From Cystobasidiomycetes sp. EMM_F5 (Eukaryota): a DNA stretch of 64,000 nucleotides. The DNA lies in contig JBPGPT010000009.1 of NCBI GenBank assembly GCA_051047955.1, forward strand, positions 310,001 to 374,000, given 5' to 3'. Position numbers and translations under genes: made by a program. The notes under the pieces were generated by a model, which saw only the letters and a program-made list of their open reading frames with translations, was not told the origin of the DNA and did not search any database. Positions 51,501 through 63,072 of this stretch are shown piece after piece. Numbering within the stretch: the stretch's first letter is position 1; every line of letters begins with the position of its first letter.

Positions 51501-53306
51501 CTTGTCGAAGCGTCAGGCTGATCATTTTCTTTGTCCGCTTCGTCTCCACTAGCCTTATCGTCGGCCATCGCATCTAGGACGTCCTGACTTGGCGCCTCCA
51601 TCGGTTCAAGTTCCGCACAGACCATATCATAGCCAGTTTGGAACACTTCCCTGTCGAGCTCTCCGCCGTGTAGATCGCCATGAGCATGCGTGACGATGAG
51701 TTTTGTTAACAAGGATATGCAATTCTTTCGAACTGTAGAAGTTTTGTCTTCCAAAGATCGGGAAGCCAGTGCAGCCAATCGTAAACGATACTTCACAAGA
51801 CGGGCTTCTTTGGTTCTGTACAGACATGCATCAGTTACTGACGCATACATGCAGCAAGGGACAGGCTGTACTCGAGTAACTTCATCGCGGTTGCAACGAC
51901 CTTGCTTCTCACGAAACTGTTGAGATCCAAGAAGCGTTCAAAAAGCAAGCCAAAGAAGTTGTCCATTTCCCTTTCTTTCTGCCCTGGTTCTCCGCTATCC
52001 TCTGTTGCAATTACCTCGCGCAGTAGGTTACCGATGACTTCGATTAGCGCCATACGCATCGAGTGCGACTGCTTACGACATCAGCTAGGTCAACGAGCAG
52101 CAATCAGAACAGGACCTCACCTCGCTATCAAGATGTCTCTGCAACAGAATCATCTGTTTATGCACCATACGTGGATTGAGTTCTGATAACCGAACTAAAA
52201 ATCGGGGAAATTGCTTCTGGGTCTTGACATCTGATCCGCTCGTGAATTGCCGGGCAGCAATATCACGTAGGACCTCCTCGCCCAATTGTGAATAATCGAA
52301 TTCCTTGGCTAGACATGCTGCAAGCTCCGCCATTGGCTCTGCAAGATGATCGTACGCAGTGAGATTCTGCAATACGATGATTTGTAGGCCTTATACAGAT
52401 TGGTGCAGATTAGCTTGAATTCGTATGCAACTGAATCGGACAAATCACCATAACCTTGACCTTGATTCTTTGCGGCGATACAAAATATCTTGTAGACTTG
52501 TAAGCGGATATCGATTGCTTTCATGTATGTTTCGCTTTCCGCAATTCGGTTTGCAGGCTTGACGAAACAGCTGTGGAGTCACGACGGCGCGTTCAGCTTT
52601 ACTACCGCTAGGGCGGAGTATTTAACACACATACTTCACAAATGCATCACGCTCGGACGTCGTCTGCCATATCCTATCCGTCTTTACACGTAATGCCTTG
52701 GCGAATAAGACCAAAAGAGCTGGGATGCTGCCGGGCCAATCAAACTCTGAAACGTCCTTTGCTTTTCCCTTCCCTTTGCTCGTTGCGGCTGTCTTTCCCC
52801 GGCCGCCCTTCTTCTTTGCTGTTGCAGACGCTTCCGCTCCGTCACCGCTCGAGCGGTTCGTCACGGTGTAGGCTTCTGCAGCTTGGACAAACCACAACAG
52901 AAGGAAAGCGTACAGCTCGAGTGTATGGCGATGAGATCGGTACGATGCAACATCTTGCAGATCCAGACCATCGCGTGCAGTTGCGTCTAATTCGCTCTGA
53001 AAGGCTGAACACAGTGTGTCCAGTATCTTGGACAATTGCGATGGAGAGAGGCGATTCGCATGCTTCAAACTGCTGCGAAACGTGTCAAAGGTAACTGCAT
53101 GTCCGATAGCTTCCGGTGATCCAGCCAGCGCATCGATGGCCTCTATTGTTGCGGTAAGGCATTGAGCGCGTCAGTGTGGACCTGTAGCGCGAAATGGGAG
53201 ACTTGCCGTCTATTGCGCTATCGAGCGAGCTTCCTTCAAGCTCATGGTCAATGCTGTATGTGCCATCCTGCAGGGAATGGACCTCTTCCTGCAGATTCCA
53301 GCTCAT
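48550..53306 (-). CDS. YCS4: Condensin HEAT subunit Ycs4/Cnd1/CAP-D2
   Basis: YDHLAEPMAE; ERFLDLNSFVRSKV; LEDKTSTVRKN; KFMCVSAQFCE; RSNIVIALGD; VKKNTLMVLTHLILNGMIKVKGQLGEMAKC. Confidence 0.95.
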
Positions 53307-53561
53307 GGCTGCATAGAATGAAGTTGGCTGGAGTAAACAGAGGGCCTGAAAGTCGATCGTGGTTTGAAATTGGACAGATCAGCAAAGACAGCAGACGAGC
53401 AGACTTCTAGCAACAGCGATTGCACAGTGTCCTCGTATACAGTCAGCACACTCTGTTTGCGATGAAAAGGCTTCGAAAAGTAGAGAAAGCGGTATCTGCG
53501 GGACTTTCGATGGAAACTCCAAACTTCATAAGTGCAAATTATTGGACGTCTTTTACCCATT

Positions 53562-53633
53562 CTCTGAATCGTCTAGTGGTTAAGATATCGGTTTTTCACA
53601 CCGGAGACTCGGGTTCGATTCCCGGTTCGGAGG
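53562..53633 (+). tRNA. tRNA-Glu (anticodon TTC at 53595-53597), intronless
   Basis: Cloverleaf: D arm GTCT-AGTGGTTA-AGAT; anticodon arm TCGGT-TTTTCAC-ACCGG; T arm TCGGG-TTCGATT-CCCGG; TTTT ~20 nt downstream. Confidence 0.88.
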
Positions 53634-53769
53634 TCCTGAAGGGATTCTCCTCTCTTTTGCTGGGTTCGAGTTCAGGCGCGATGTTTTTGCTTCTTACGCA
53701 CAATCTGTTCAAGATTTAAACTTACATGCAGTCTCGCGCTTAGTGCAAGGATCCTGCTCATAGTCACGA

Positions 53770-54381
53770 ATGTCGTCGCTTATCGGACAAACAGCTCCGT
53801 CCTTTGGCCCCCTGCAAGACGAGAATGGCCAATCTTTTGATCTGTCGTCATACTACGGCAAACAAGCGCTATGCATATTCTTCTATCCCGCTGCAATGAC
53901 TTACGGTGCGTGTATGAAACGTCGCCATTCGCACTCTGCCGTTTTGACATTCTTATAAAACCCAAAGGCTGTACCAAAGAAGCATGCTCTATGCGTGACA
54001 TATCGTCCAAACCGACCTTCACAAATATCGATAGCACAAAGACCCTCCGTATTGTCGGCATCTCCGGGGACCCAGTCTCCAAATTGCGACAGTTTGTAGA
54101 TAAGCATAACCTCAATTTTACGTTACTATCGGATCAAGACGAAGTTGCGCGCAAGGCCTTTGGCGTGTCTGGCAGTGTTTTGTTTGGTCTAGTCAAACGT
54201 ATGTCTGTACTTCCCTGGTCCCATCCATATCTGAACCTGTTATCCAGAACGAGTCACTTTCATCATCGACGACAAGGGAATTGTGCGCGATAGCGAAGAC
54301 AGCTCAGTGAATATGAGCAAACACGGCGCTCTGCTGGAGAAGTGGGTACAGAAATTCGCGTCGGATGCTCCTGCAGCATAG
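53770..54381 (+). CDS. BCP/PrxQ peroxiredoxin (Dot5-like)
   Basis: FFYPAAMTY|GCTKEACSMRD (PxxxTxxC plus resolving Cys); VGISGD; LLSD; RVTFIID. Confidence 0.92.
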
Positions 54382-54561
54382 TTTCGCACGAGCCCCACGG
54401 TGACCCCACTCGAGCTCGCCAGTTTATTCGCAATCCAGCCTTATGGCTACCTGTCCGACTTGTGCGCCTCGCTACATCCAATCACTCGCATTGTACAACG
54501 ACATCCATAACCTCTACTGTATTGTATTAAACAGCATAATGTAAGTCTCTGCCGAGATTTG

Positions 54562-55822
54562 CTACAGTTCTCCTCCGCTTCGCAACTGCTTGAACAGCTC
54601 CCACCCGGTGTCCATATAACTTTCATAACCAGCCTGCACGTCAATCTCCACGCGGCGAACATTTGCAGTCCCGCTTTGGCCTTGGTTTGGATTGGCTGTT
54701 TCCTCGCTACGCGCATGTATCGCGGGCTCGACTCGAGGCACTCCGCGTAGCTGACCCTGTGCTGAGACAATCTCTCGCTGCAGAGGTTGCATATCAAATG
54801 GCATGATGGCAGATGAGCTGTAGGACGCCTCGAGCTCATCAGGCGTCTCGTCCGGCTGTGTCGTTGAGGTTGGCGGCCTGGGAGCAGACATCGGATTCCG
54901 TTCGATGACATTCAAGCGGGACAGAAAGTCGTCTGCCATCTGAGCATACGAGTCGTTGAGCTGGGAAGCGTTAGGAGGAGTTGGTTGTATTATATTCGTT
55001 TGCGCTGGCCGCACTACCGCAGGGGGATTGTCATGATTTTGCGGGGACGATGACGTTTCCGACAGAGGGTGTTCTTCGACATCTTCCAACAACTGGACGG
55101 GCTGCGAAATGGTACTGATCATTGGCGTAGTAGATGAGTCGATGATGTTGTCGGAAGATAAGCAGTACGTTTCGTACCAAGCCGAACGGCGTGCGCACGT
55201 CTCGGAGCAGAATTTGGTACCGGCGGTTACATCGAGCACTCGTTTCGCTCGTATATTCATTCGATACTGAAGGAGACATTGCAGTCAGCAGACCATTGAT
55301 TACCAAACAGTTATCACTCACGACAGGCTTGTCATCGTTCCAAGGTTTTCGCGATGCTCGGTGACAAGGTGGATATGCACAATTCCCATTTACGTGACGT
55401 TCGGTCAGGATATCTCTGTATGCGGAGGGCTTTAAGGAGGTAGCCTAATAAATTGACCGACAAGGGATCATTAAAACGGATCCTGGCCTTCTCCTACAGA
55501 CGTAAACGCTCACGGCTTCTCTGAAGAGACGTCTGTCCACGGGTCCATCCGACAGCCGGGTCGTCCAGAACAAGGCGTCCCTCGAAGCTTCGACTGCCCG
55601 CGCTTCCATCGCTCTCGAGTTTGCACTAAAGTGCTCTTGCGTTGCTGCATCGTCCGTTTGCTGCAGCACCGTCACCCGTCTCCCAACGCCACCGGGTCCA
55701 CTGCGCTCTACTATCAAAGGACGCTGGGTGAAGCCTTTAGAGCCCGACGGTGCAGCGTACGACGTTGAAGGTGTAGCATAGTTATTTGACGAGCTGCCCT
55801 CGCTCTGCCGCAGCCTAGCCAT
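54562..55822 (-). CDS. RTR1: Rtr1/RPAP2 RNA polymerase II CTD phosphatase
   Basis: Spliced zinc-finger ERHVNGNCAYPPC...KFCSETCARRSAWY. Confidence 0.8.
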
Positions 55823-55919
55823 GATTTCCCGTCTTGCCAGTCAGTTTGTGCCCAAAGTTGCGACGAGTGTCATCCGGTTTTGACCAAGTTACAATCTCTT
55901 CAGATTTACTGACAGCAAC

Positions 55920-57901
55920 ATGGGCAAAGTAAAGGCAAAGGTCTGCTTGCTGGTACACGATGGATGGGGTGTAGCCCGCGAGTCTGGGAAAAAGGGCAAT
56001 GCTATCGAAGCTGCAAACCCAGAGTGCATGGACGGTCTCGCTGCCGACAAGGCCAACGCATATTGCCTGCTCGAAGCGCACGGACTGGCCGTAGGACTCA
56101 ACGATGGTCTCATGGGCAACTCGGAGGTTGGGTGCGTGTGTGCATCGTTTTGGCATCGTGGAAACTGAAGGACTCAACGAATCTCCACTTCGAACAGACA
56201 TCTCAACGTCGGAGCTGGGCGCATCGTCTGGCAGGATATCGTCCGCATAGACCAAACGATACGTAAAGGGCAGATGCTTGAACAGCCCAACATTGTGAAG
56301 TGCTTCGACCGAGCAAAGAATGGTAATGGGCGCTTGCACTTTATGGGCTTGGTGTGTTATCAGTTCTGTTTCCCTAGGATATTCCTAATCAACGTGGCTG
56401 AAATTTTTATTCCTATTCCTTATACTGCAGGTATCCGATGGCGGCGTACACTCCCATATTCACCATCTCAAGTCGTTGCTGAAGACGGCAAAGGAGGAAG
56501 GGGTAAAACAAGCATACGTCCATTTCTTTGGCGACGGCCGTGATACAGACCCAAAGTCTGGCTTGGGTCACCTCAAGGACCTGCAATCATACATGAAGGA
56601 GATCTACTTCGGAGAGGTTGTGACGATCGTCGGGAGATACTATGCCATGGACAGAGATAAGAGATGGGATAGAGTCACTATTGCTGTTGACGCGCTTGTT
56701 CGCGGCAAGGGCGAGAAGGCCGATGATCTGGTCAAGGCTGTCGAGGACAGATACAGCAAGAACGAGACTGATGAGTTCCTACAGGTTCGCTGTTTTCACT
56801 CTCCTTCAATTCTTGATACAGCTGATACTGTTGGATTTTTCTTAGCCCATCATTTTGAGTGACAAGGCAGACGAGACGAGACTCCAAGGTAAGTTCACTC
56901 GGTAGCTCACCGCTTGCCCATGTCGACATCGTTTTCTCCTTCTCGTGTAGACGACGATACCATCTTCTGCTTCAACTATCGCTCCGACCGTATGCGTGAA
57001 ATCGCACAACTACTCGGTGTGGAGGATAAGCCTACCGAAGTCGAAGTCCCCAAAAACCTTGTAAGTTCGCTTCTCTGGTTTTGTTCAAGACACATGATCT
57101 GAATACTACTCAACATGCAGGGAATCACGACCATGTCAACATACAATGCGGAATTTCCGTTCGCTGTAGCCTTCCCACCGCAGCGTATGACCAACGTCCT
57201 GGCAGAATGGCTGGCAAAGCAAGGCTGCAAGCAATGTCATATTGCTGGTGCGTGCATCGCAGAGAGGAGCGGCATCGTATGATTGCTGACGCGGATGATT
57301 GCAGAGACTGAGAAGTACGCACATGTCACTTTCTTCTTCAATGGCGGTGTCGAGAAGCAATTTGAAGGGGAGGAGCGACATATGATACCCTCGCCCAAAG
57401 TCGCTACCTACGATAAGCAGCCTGAAATGAGTGTGCAAGGAGTCGCCGACAAGGTTGCTGAGGTGGTCAAGACCAACGAATACGACTTTGTGATGTGCAA
57501 TTTCGCACCGCCAGATATGGTTGGCCATACCGGCGTCTACGAAGCAGCTGTAAAGGCCATTGCTGCGACAGACAAAGCCGTGAAGACCATCGTGGACGCG
57601 TGTAAAGAGGCGGGCTATGTCTTTGTGATCACTGCCGATCACGGCAATGCGGAGGTAATGATTACGGATGAAGGTGGTCCACTCACCAGTCATACCACCA
57701 ATCCGGTGCCTCTCATCATCACTGGAGGCAATTACAAGCTGAAAGGCGGTGTGGAGGGCGCACTCTGCGATGTCGCTCCGACTTGCTTGGCTATCATGGT
57801 GCGTCTGGATGATATTTCGATCTGATATGTGCTGACAGAATACGTCTCCGCAGGGCCTGCCGCAACCAGAAGACATGACGGGCCATTCCTTGCTAGAGTG
57901 A
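55920..57901 (+). CDS. gpmI: 2,3-bisphosphoglycerate-independent phosphoglycerate mutase
   Basis: VHDGWG; GLMGNSEVGHLNVGAGR; SDGGVHSH; DGRDT; GRYYAMDRDKRW; FNYRSDR; AETEKYAHVTFFFNGG; DMVGHTG; TADHGNAE. Confidence 0.97.
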
Positions 57902-58085
57902 AAGATATCTCAGTAGACCATTAGATTAGGTACTATCAAATAGTGGACTAAGACAACGTGGATTGCAAGTCTATGCGTTTGACGAGACATCATTGCGTTG
58001 CCTCCGTGTAGTCCTCTCAGGATCAGGCGGGAAAGACCTTGTCCGCGTTTACTTCGCGCATACTGTACCGATTTTTGATACACGC

Positions 58086-60147
58086 ATGAGTCGCCCGGCA
58101 TATGTACACGTCTCAGCGCTGTCGCCTGCCGAGTGGGAAATATACGAGACTTGGATATACGACCTCGAAGCGCAGATAGCTAGACTCGGACGCGGTCTAC
58201 GGATTGGGGAGCTGCTGGGATTTATCCGCAAGCGGACGCCAGTCGAGCGAGAGGATGAAGTGCGTGGTGAAAGGCACACATGTCATGGGTTGGCGCAACA
58301 CTGATGATGGTGTTCGTAGATAATAGGCTTCTTCGGAACGCCTGCACAGCAACAGAATCTTGGTGTTGGAGAATTTACGGCAGTATTGCGTCTGGTATGT
58401 GCTCGGTTCGATGCATGTCCGACATTTCTGATTGACGAGATTGTATCCGTTCACATGCGACACTGCCACAACCGTAGCTGGCACACGCTCGAACCTGCTC
58501 CACTCTTTGCAGAGATCACATCTTTGTACAGGTGTGTGTCCTCTTATGTCAGATAACCAACCTGGTTGTATTGATTGCGCGATGTGGCCCCGCTTTTTAC
58601 GTATTACTGCACAGACGACCCCGCTCGTCCTGACTTCTCCAGTAACTGTATCACATTCCAATCCTTTCTTCCGCTCTAGCGATATCGACAGTGTTGTCGG
58701 TAGCGAGCCAAAGCTTGCTGCGAGGCGTGCCCCGTCAACTCGACCTGAACCGAAGACAGCCAAAAGCTCGCTCTTGGACAATAACCCGTTCCGGACTGGT
58801 CAGCATGCTGTGCCCCCACTTACTTTGGGCACGACTAGCCCTCCGTCAACAGTACACTCGCCTCCCTTACCACCACGCGTGGATTCGCCTGCGAAAGTCG
58901 CTCCCCCTAGACACCCAAGTCAGTCCCAGTCGCTTACTAATTCACCCTCTGTACCTGTCCCAGTTGGAACATCAAGCCTGCCGCCATCAGACGGGGGGTA
59001 CAAGAGAATGATCACGGTGCTACCAGCCAGCAAGAACAGTATCAATGTGATTATGTCTTCACAAACCCAGCCAGATACCTCTGCCGGCAGTCCATTGGAG
59101 AGAAGAGCGTTGCAGCCTGTGGAAGATCAGAGCACGGGTCGAGCGTTTCTATCCGGTGCGCTCACGCCGCGCTTGCTTGGATCCTCTCACATCGGAGTCG
59201 ACTCGATAAAGCTTCGTAGAAGCCCATCGCAGAATATGCCTAAAGCGGTTGACGACGGCAGTCATTCACGAAGGGACAGACAATCACTGGTTGCCGAAAC
59301 CTCTGATAATTCGCTGTCTTCGCTTGCTGAATTGAAACTACCGCACATACATCAATACTCAGCTGCGGTGACCCCTATCAACATCGACAGAACAGTCAAT
59401 TCTGTAGAGTCCAATCCAGCCATAAAGATGGGTCAAAGGAGCGACTCGATGTCCATCGCACAGTCGGCGGAACGTTCTGTGCCTGCGCTTCCTCCAAGGA
59501 ATTCACCAACGAAGGTAGACATTGGCACAAAGGACAGACCGCCCATTCCTCCCCCCGTGCGACGAAGACCAGACTCTCTATACTTAGTGACCAATCAATC
59601 TGGCAGGAGTCAGCAATTACGGGTGGGGGTTTTTCCTTCTCATGGTTTCTCAGGCGAAGGCAAGCAATTGCATACACGAGCCATGTCGGCTTCAGAGATT
59701 ACTTTCGGCAGAACTACGCCTCTACAAAAGCCAATATGTCAGTACAGTGCTGGTCCACATGCAGACACGCATCGGGCCCCGCCTCGATTGTCACCAGTCT
59801 CCGCAAAATCACTAGATGCACTTCTCACGAAAGGCAAAGATGTTGGTCATGGCTGGCTGGAGAAAGCTCGAGCTGGTATGATGCCTACTGCTCCTAATCG
59901 CATGTATACTGCTGCAGAGGAGTCAGAAAGTCTGATCGGCTTGTCCGAGCAGCGGTCTGGGCGAGAAGCACAGCCAAAGTCAGTAAGAGCCAGCGGAGCC
60001 GTCGCTTCGAGCTCAACAAACTCGGATGCTGCCAGTAGCGACAGCGAGCCCGAACTGGACCGCCGCAAGATGAGCGTACAAGAACGGCGTCGCGAATTGG
60101 AACAGATGCAAACAGACAAAGAAGGCGGCTGGACGCGTCTTGCATGA
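58086..60147 (+). CDS. Protein with an N-terminal EH-like domain, NPF motifs and a Pro-rich disordered tail
   Basis: Three introns join exons giving GEFTAVLRLLAHAR...IFVQ, then SNPFF, NNPFR, PPLPPR, PALPPR and PPIPPP. Confidence 0.65.
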
Positions 60148-60290
60148 GGGACAAATTAGTGCATCTGCGATTCTCTGACGATGTAAGCAAAGCGGACGCA
60201 GAGTATCGTGTTGATCTCATTGCTCGAAACGATGCTGGACTACAAGCCATGAATGCGGTCTTGTATCACTAAACGAGACAAAACGCGGAA

Positions 60291-61639
60291 TCATCTCGAT
60301 GGCATTGCATTTCTGATTGCTTCAGCAGCTCTACGAACTCTGAACTGCTTGCGATACTGCTTACGTTCGTACGTCATATAGCCAACCTATTCGCGTAGGG
60401 ATGCTTTCAGTCCGCAGATTCTTGGCTGTTTGCAGACATGAATGCGACGCACCACAATTAAAGCAATACCAGCCAAAGCTCCAAATACACCCAAACCTAA
60501 TTGAGCATCAACGTTAGTTCCAGTAAGGTGACTGGATATACATATCACTTGCCTATTGGCAAGACAGACAATTTTTGACCAGGAACTACAATCGATGCAT
60601 TCTGCTGATCCGCCTGTGTATCTGCGGTCGAAGTTGCCGTTTCGGTTGCAGTATCGCTGGTAGGGCTGACGGAGGAGCTAGCTTTAGTATATAGTAATCA
60701 GTCACGAGCTAAAATAACGATGACCTGACTGTGTTCTACGTACTAACTGTATCCAGATGACGCCATGGACGTTGGTGAAGCCGCTGCAGAAGTTGATGAC
60801 GGTGTTGACGCGACAGCTGGTGAAGGCAATGACGTTACGATGGCTTTCAGGGCGTCTATCTGAATGAAGGAGGTAGCCACGAGTCTCAGTCCGATGCCGG
60901 ACGTGGGATTGCCGACTTTGGGGACATCACATGCTACGGATGCACTAGACATGATTGCCGGCGGTGTGGTGGGTATCGAGGGAAACACGACCGGCGATGC
61001 ATTTGCAGAAGAGATGGGCTGCGACGAATTGATTGCGACTGCACCACCCTTGGCAGACAGCAGTGCAGCTGCAGCGGCTAATGTCGCCTTCTGTTCAGCA
61101 TCCAGTGTCGTCTTGAAGGGCAAGCCGACCACTTTTGCCCCGATGCCAGTAGCAGTAGGCACGAAAGGTTGCGTATCAGCCGTAGCCGCAACGGCAGCTG
61201 TCTTCACAGCAGATGCTGTCCATACTCCGTTAGAGCTGAAGAACGAGTAGAAGGTCGTCGTGCGCAGTACATCGGTATAGTCTCCTGGACTGACGGTGCC
61301 GCCGACTTCGCTGACAAATTTGGCAATAGGTTGCGTCGTCAGTGCACCATCATCATTGACGACAATGACAGTTTCGCCATTGGCAATCTGTACTATGCCT
61401 GCTGCATTGTAGTACTGGTCGTTCCGACGAAGGATCACATTTCCTGGCTTGATGATTTCGTCGGCGCTCGGAATGATGTTGCCTCGTACCGCGTCGAGCA
61501 GAGTTGTGTTGATGTCTCGGGTGATATGCCGCATCCGGCGCTTGCCGTGCTTGTTCGTCCGCAGCGCTGGCTCTGCCGCTAAGACCTGCTCGGCAACGAG
61601 CGATAGGCCAAAAACAACGGGAATGATCGTTGGTAGCAT
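60291..61639 (-). CDS. Type I membrane / cell-surface Ser/Thr/Ala-rich protein (4 exons)
   Basis: Signal peptide; spliced C-terminus VVPGQKLSVLPIG|LGVFGALAGIALIV|VGYMTYERKQYRKQFRVRR. Confidence 0.78.
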
Positions 61640-62223
61640 GGTTGAAGTGAACGGAGTGAAAAGACTAGGGAATAAGGTTTTTCCGTCGACGTTTGTTGCG
61701 AAAGGGTGCGACCGTCAAGGTACGAAATCGACTACAGGTAAGAAAGGAAAACGAGGCCGTGCTCGAAGGAGACCAGCTCCTGTGTGCGAAAGACCATGAA
61801 AAGCATATCATTGAAGAAGATGTAGTGTGGACGTGACATGTCAGTAGTCAGCACAGCCGATGCTGTCGTGACCACACAAAGCTTACCGAGGTTGTAAGAA
61901 CGAACGTACTGGAGCTGGGAGAGGACAGTCGGAGAGAATCCAAGCCTGCTACCTTGCGTATCATTCCACTGCTCCCGTTCACTGGTCGACCAGATTGCAC
62001 TTTTAAGTGCGGTTGTCAAGCTGGCGTTGCTTGGGAACGGCGTATTTCAAGTGGCAAAACCTGTATTGTAACACGTCGAGTCGCGGTGCACGGTCACAGA
62101 TGTTGATGCATTGGTGCCGGTGTATAAGACAGACTGTTGATGTCCAGTTTGGACAAAATGAGCATCTTGTGAAAGCCAATGCAGGGTTCGGAAGCAGGTT
62201 TGCAAAGTCAACTTTCTGACGCA

Positions 62224-63072
62224 TCAGCCTGCTGGATTCGGAGGTTGCTCGGTCGCTAGGTCAAAAAGACTCGGTATCCAGTAGATGTTCTCCCCAGCTG
62301 TGGAGTCTTGACCTTCGTCAAGCCAGACGATGCCTTCGTCGAGGAGAGCTCTCTCCAAAGCTGTTCGCGCACGGCGCTCAGACCAGCCGTTTGCTGCAGT
62401 CTTCACCGCTGCCTTGCTCTTGTGTGCTGTCCAAGCTTGCAGAGAGGATACGGAGACATGACCGCTTCCTGCTTCTCCAGCACATTCGAGGATGGTTAGC
62501 GAGTCACTGTCAAACTCGGCTGCGACACTGCGGACCATCTTGCGATTCCCGACAGTCAGTAGTTTGTATCCACATCCTAGCGGCTCCAGTGCATCGATAG
62601 CCCGAGCAATATCTGAGGGCGTCACGGCTGAAGCTGCAGCTTTGTCTGTCACCGAAACACTGTCGGATCGACCAGTGCGCAGACGAGTGACTCCGCGAAT
62701 GACTTCGTCCACTTCGATGAGCCCGCCATTCTGCTCGCGGGTCATCAGGCAGACGTCCACCACCTGGACGGCTAGCGCATACGTCCATTCGCCAACACCA
62801 AGATAGTCCCACACGCCTTTCCTCCCGCCAGAACCAAGCGGATCAACGCCAAGCTGGTTGCACATGTCTGCAAAATGCGTGCGGAAGACTGGATCAGACA
62901 GAATCTTGGCCCGGTGCTTGGTCGCAAAGGTCCGGAGGGCGGTCTGGAACGTCGTCAGCTGCGACTGCAACGAGGACAGCTGCTGAGTGGACAGCTGATT
63001 CGACAGATTCGAGTACGAAGCGAGAGCAGCGCTCTGCGAGGACAGCGACGATATGCCCACATGCCGCCTCAT
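62224..63072 (-). CDS. SNF8: ESCRT-II subunit Vps22/Snf8 (EAP30), intronless
   Basis: MRRHVGISSL; FRTHFADMCNQLGVDPL; LAVQVVDVCLMTREQNGGLI; DIARAIDALEPLGCGY; MVRSV; GIVWLD; YWIP. Confidence 0.93.
   Translation of the reverse strand: MRRHVGISSLSSQSAALASYSNLSNQLSTQQLSSLQSQLTTFQTALRTFATKHRAKILSDPVFRTHFADMCNQLGVDPLGSGGRKGVWDYLGVGEWTYALAVQVVDVCLMTREQNGGLIEVDEVIRGVTRLRTGRSDSVSVTDKAAASAVTPSDIARAIDALEPLGCGYKLLTVGNRKMVRSVAAEFDSDSLTILECAGEAGSGHVSVSSLQAWTAHKSKAAVKTAANGWSERRARTALERALLDEGIVWLDEGQDSTAGENIYWIPSLFDLATEQPPNPAG

Noticed and set aside
55920..57901. Cofactor-independent PGM as an HGT candidate
   Set aside because: Intron-rich, and iPGM is the usual form in many filamentous and basidiomycete fungi.
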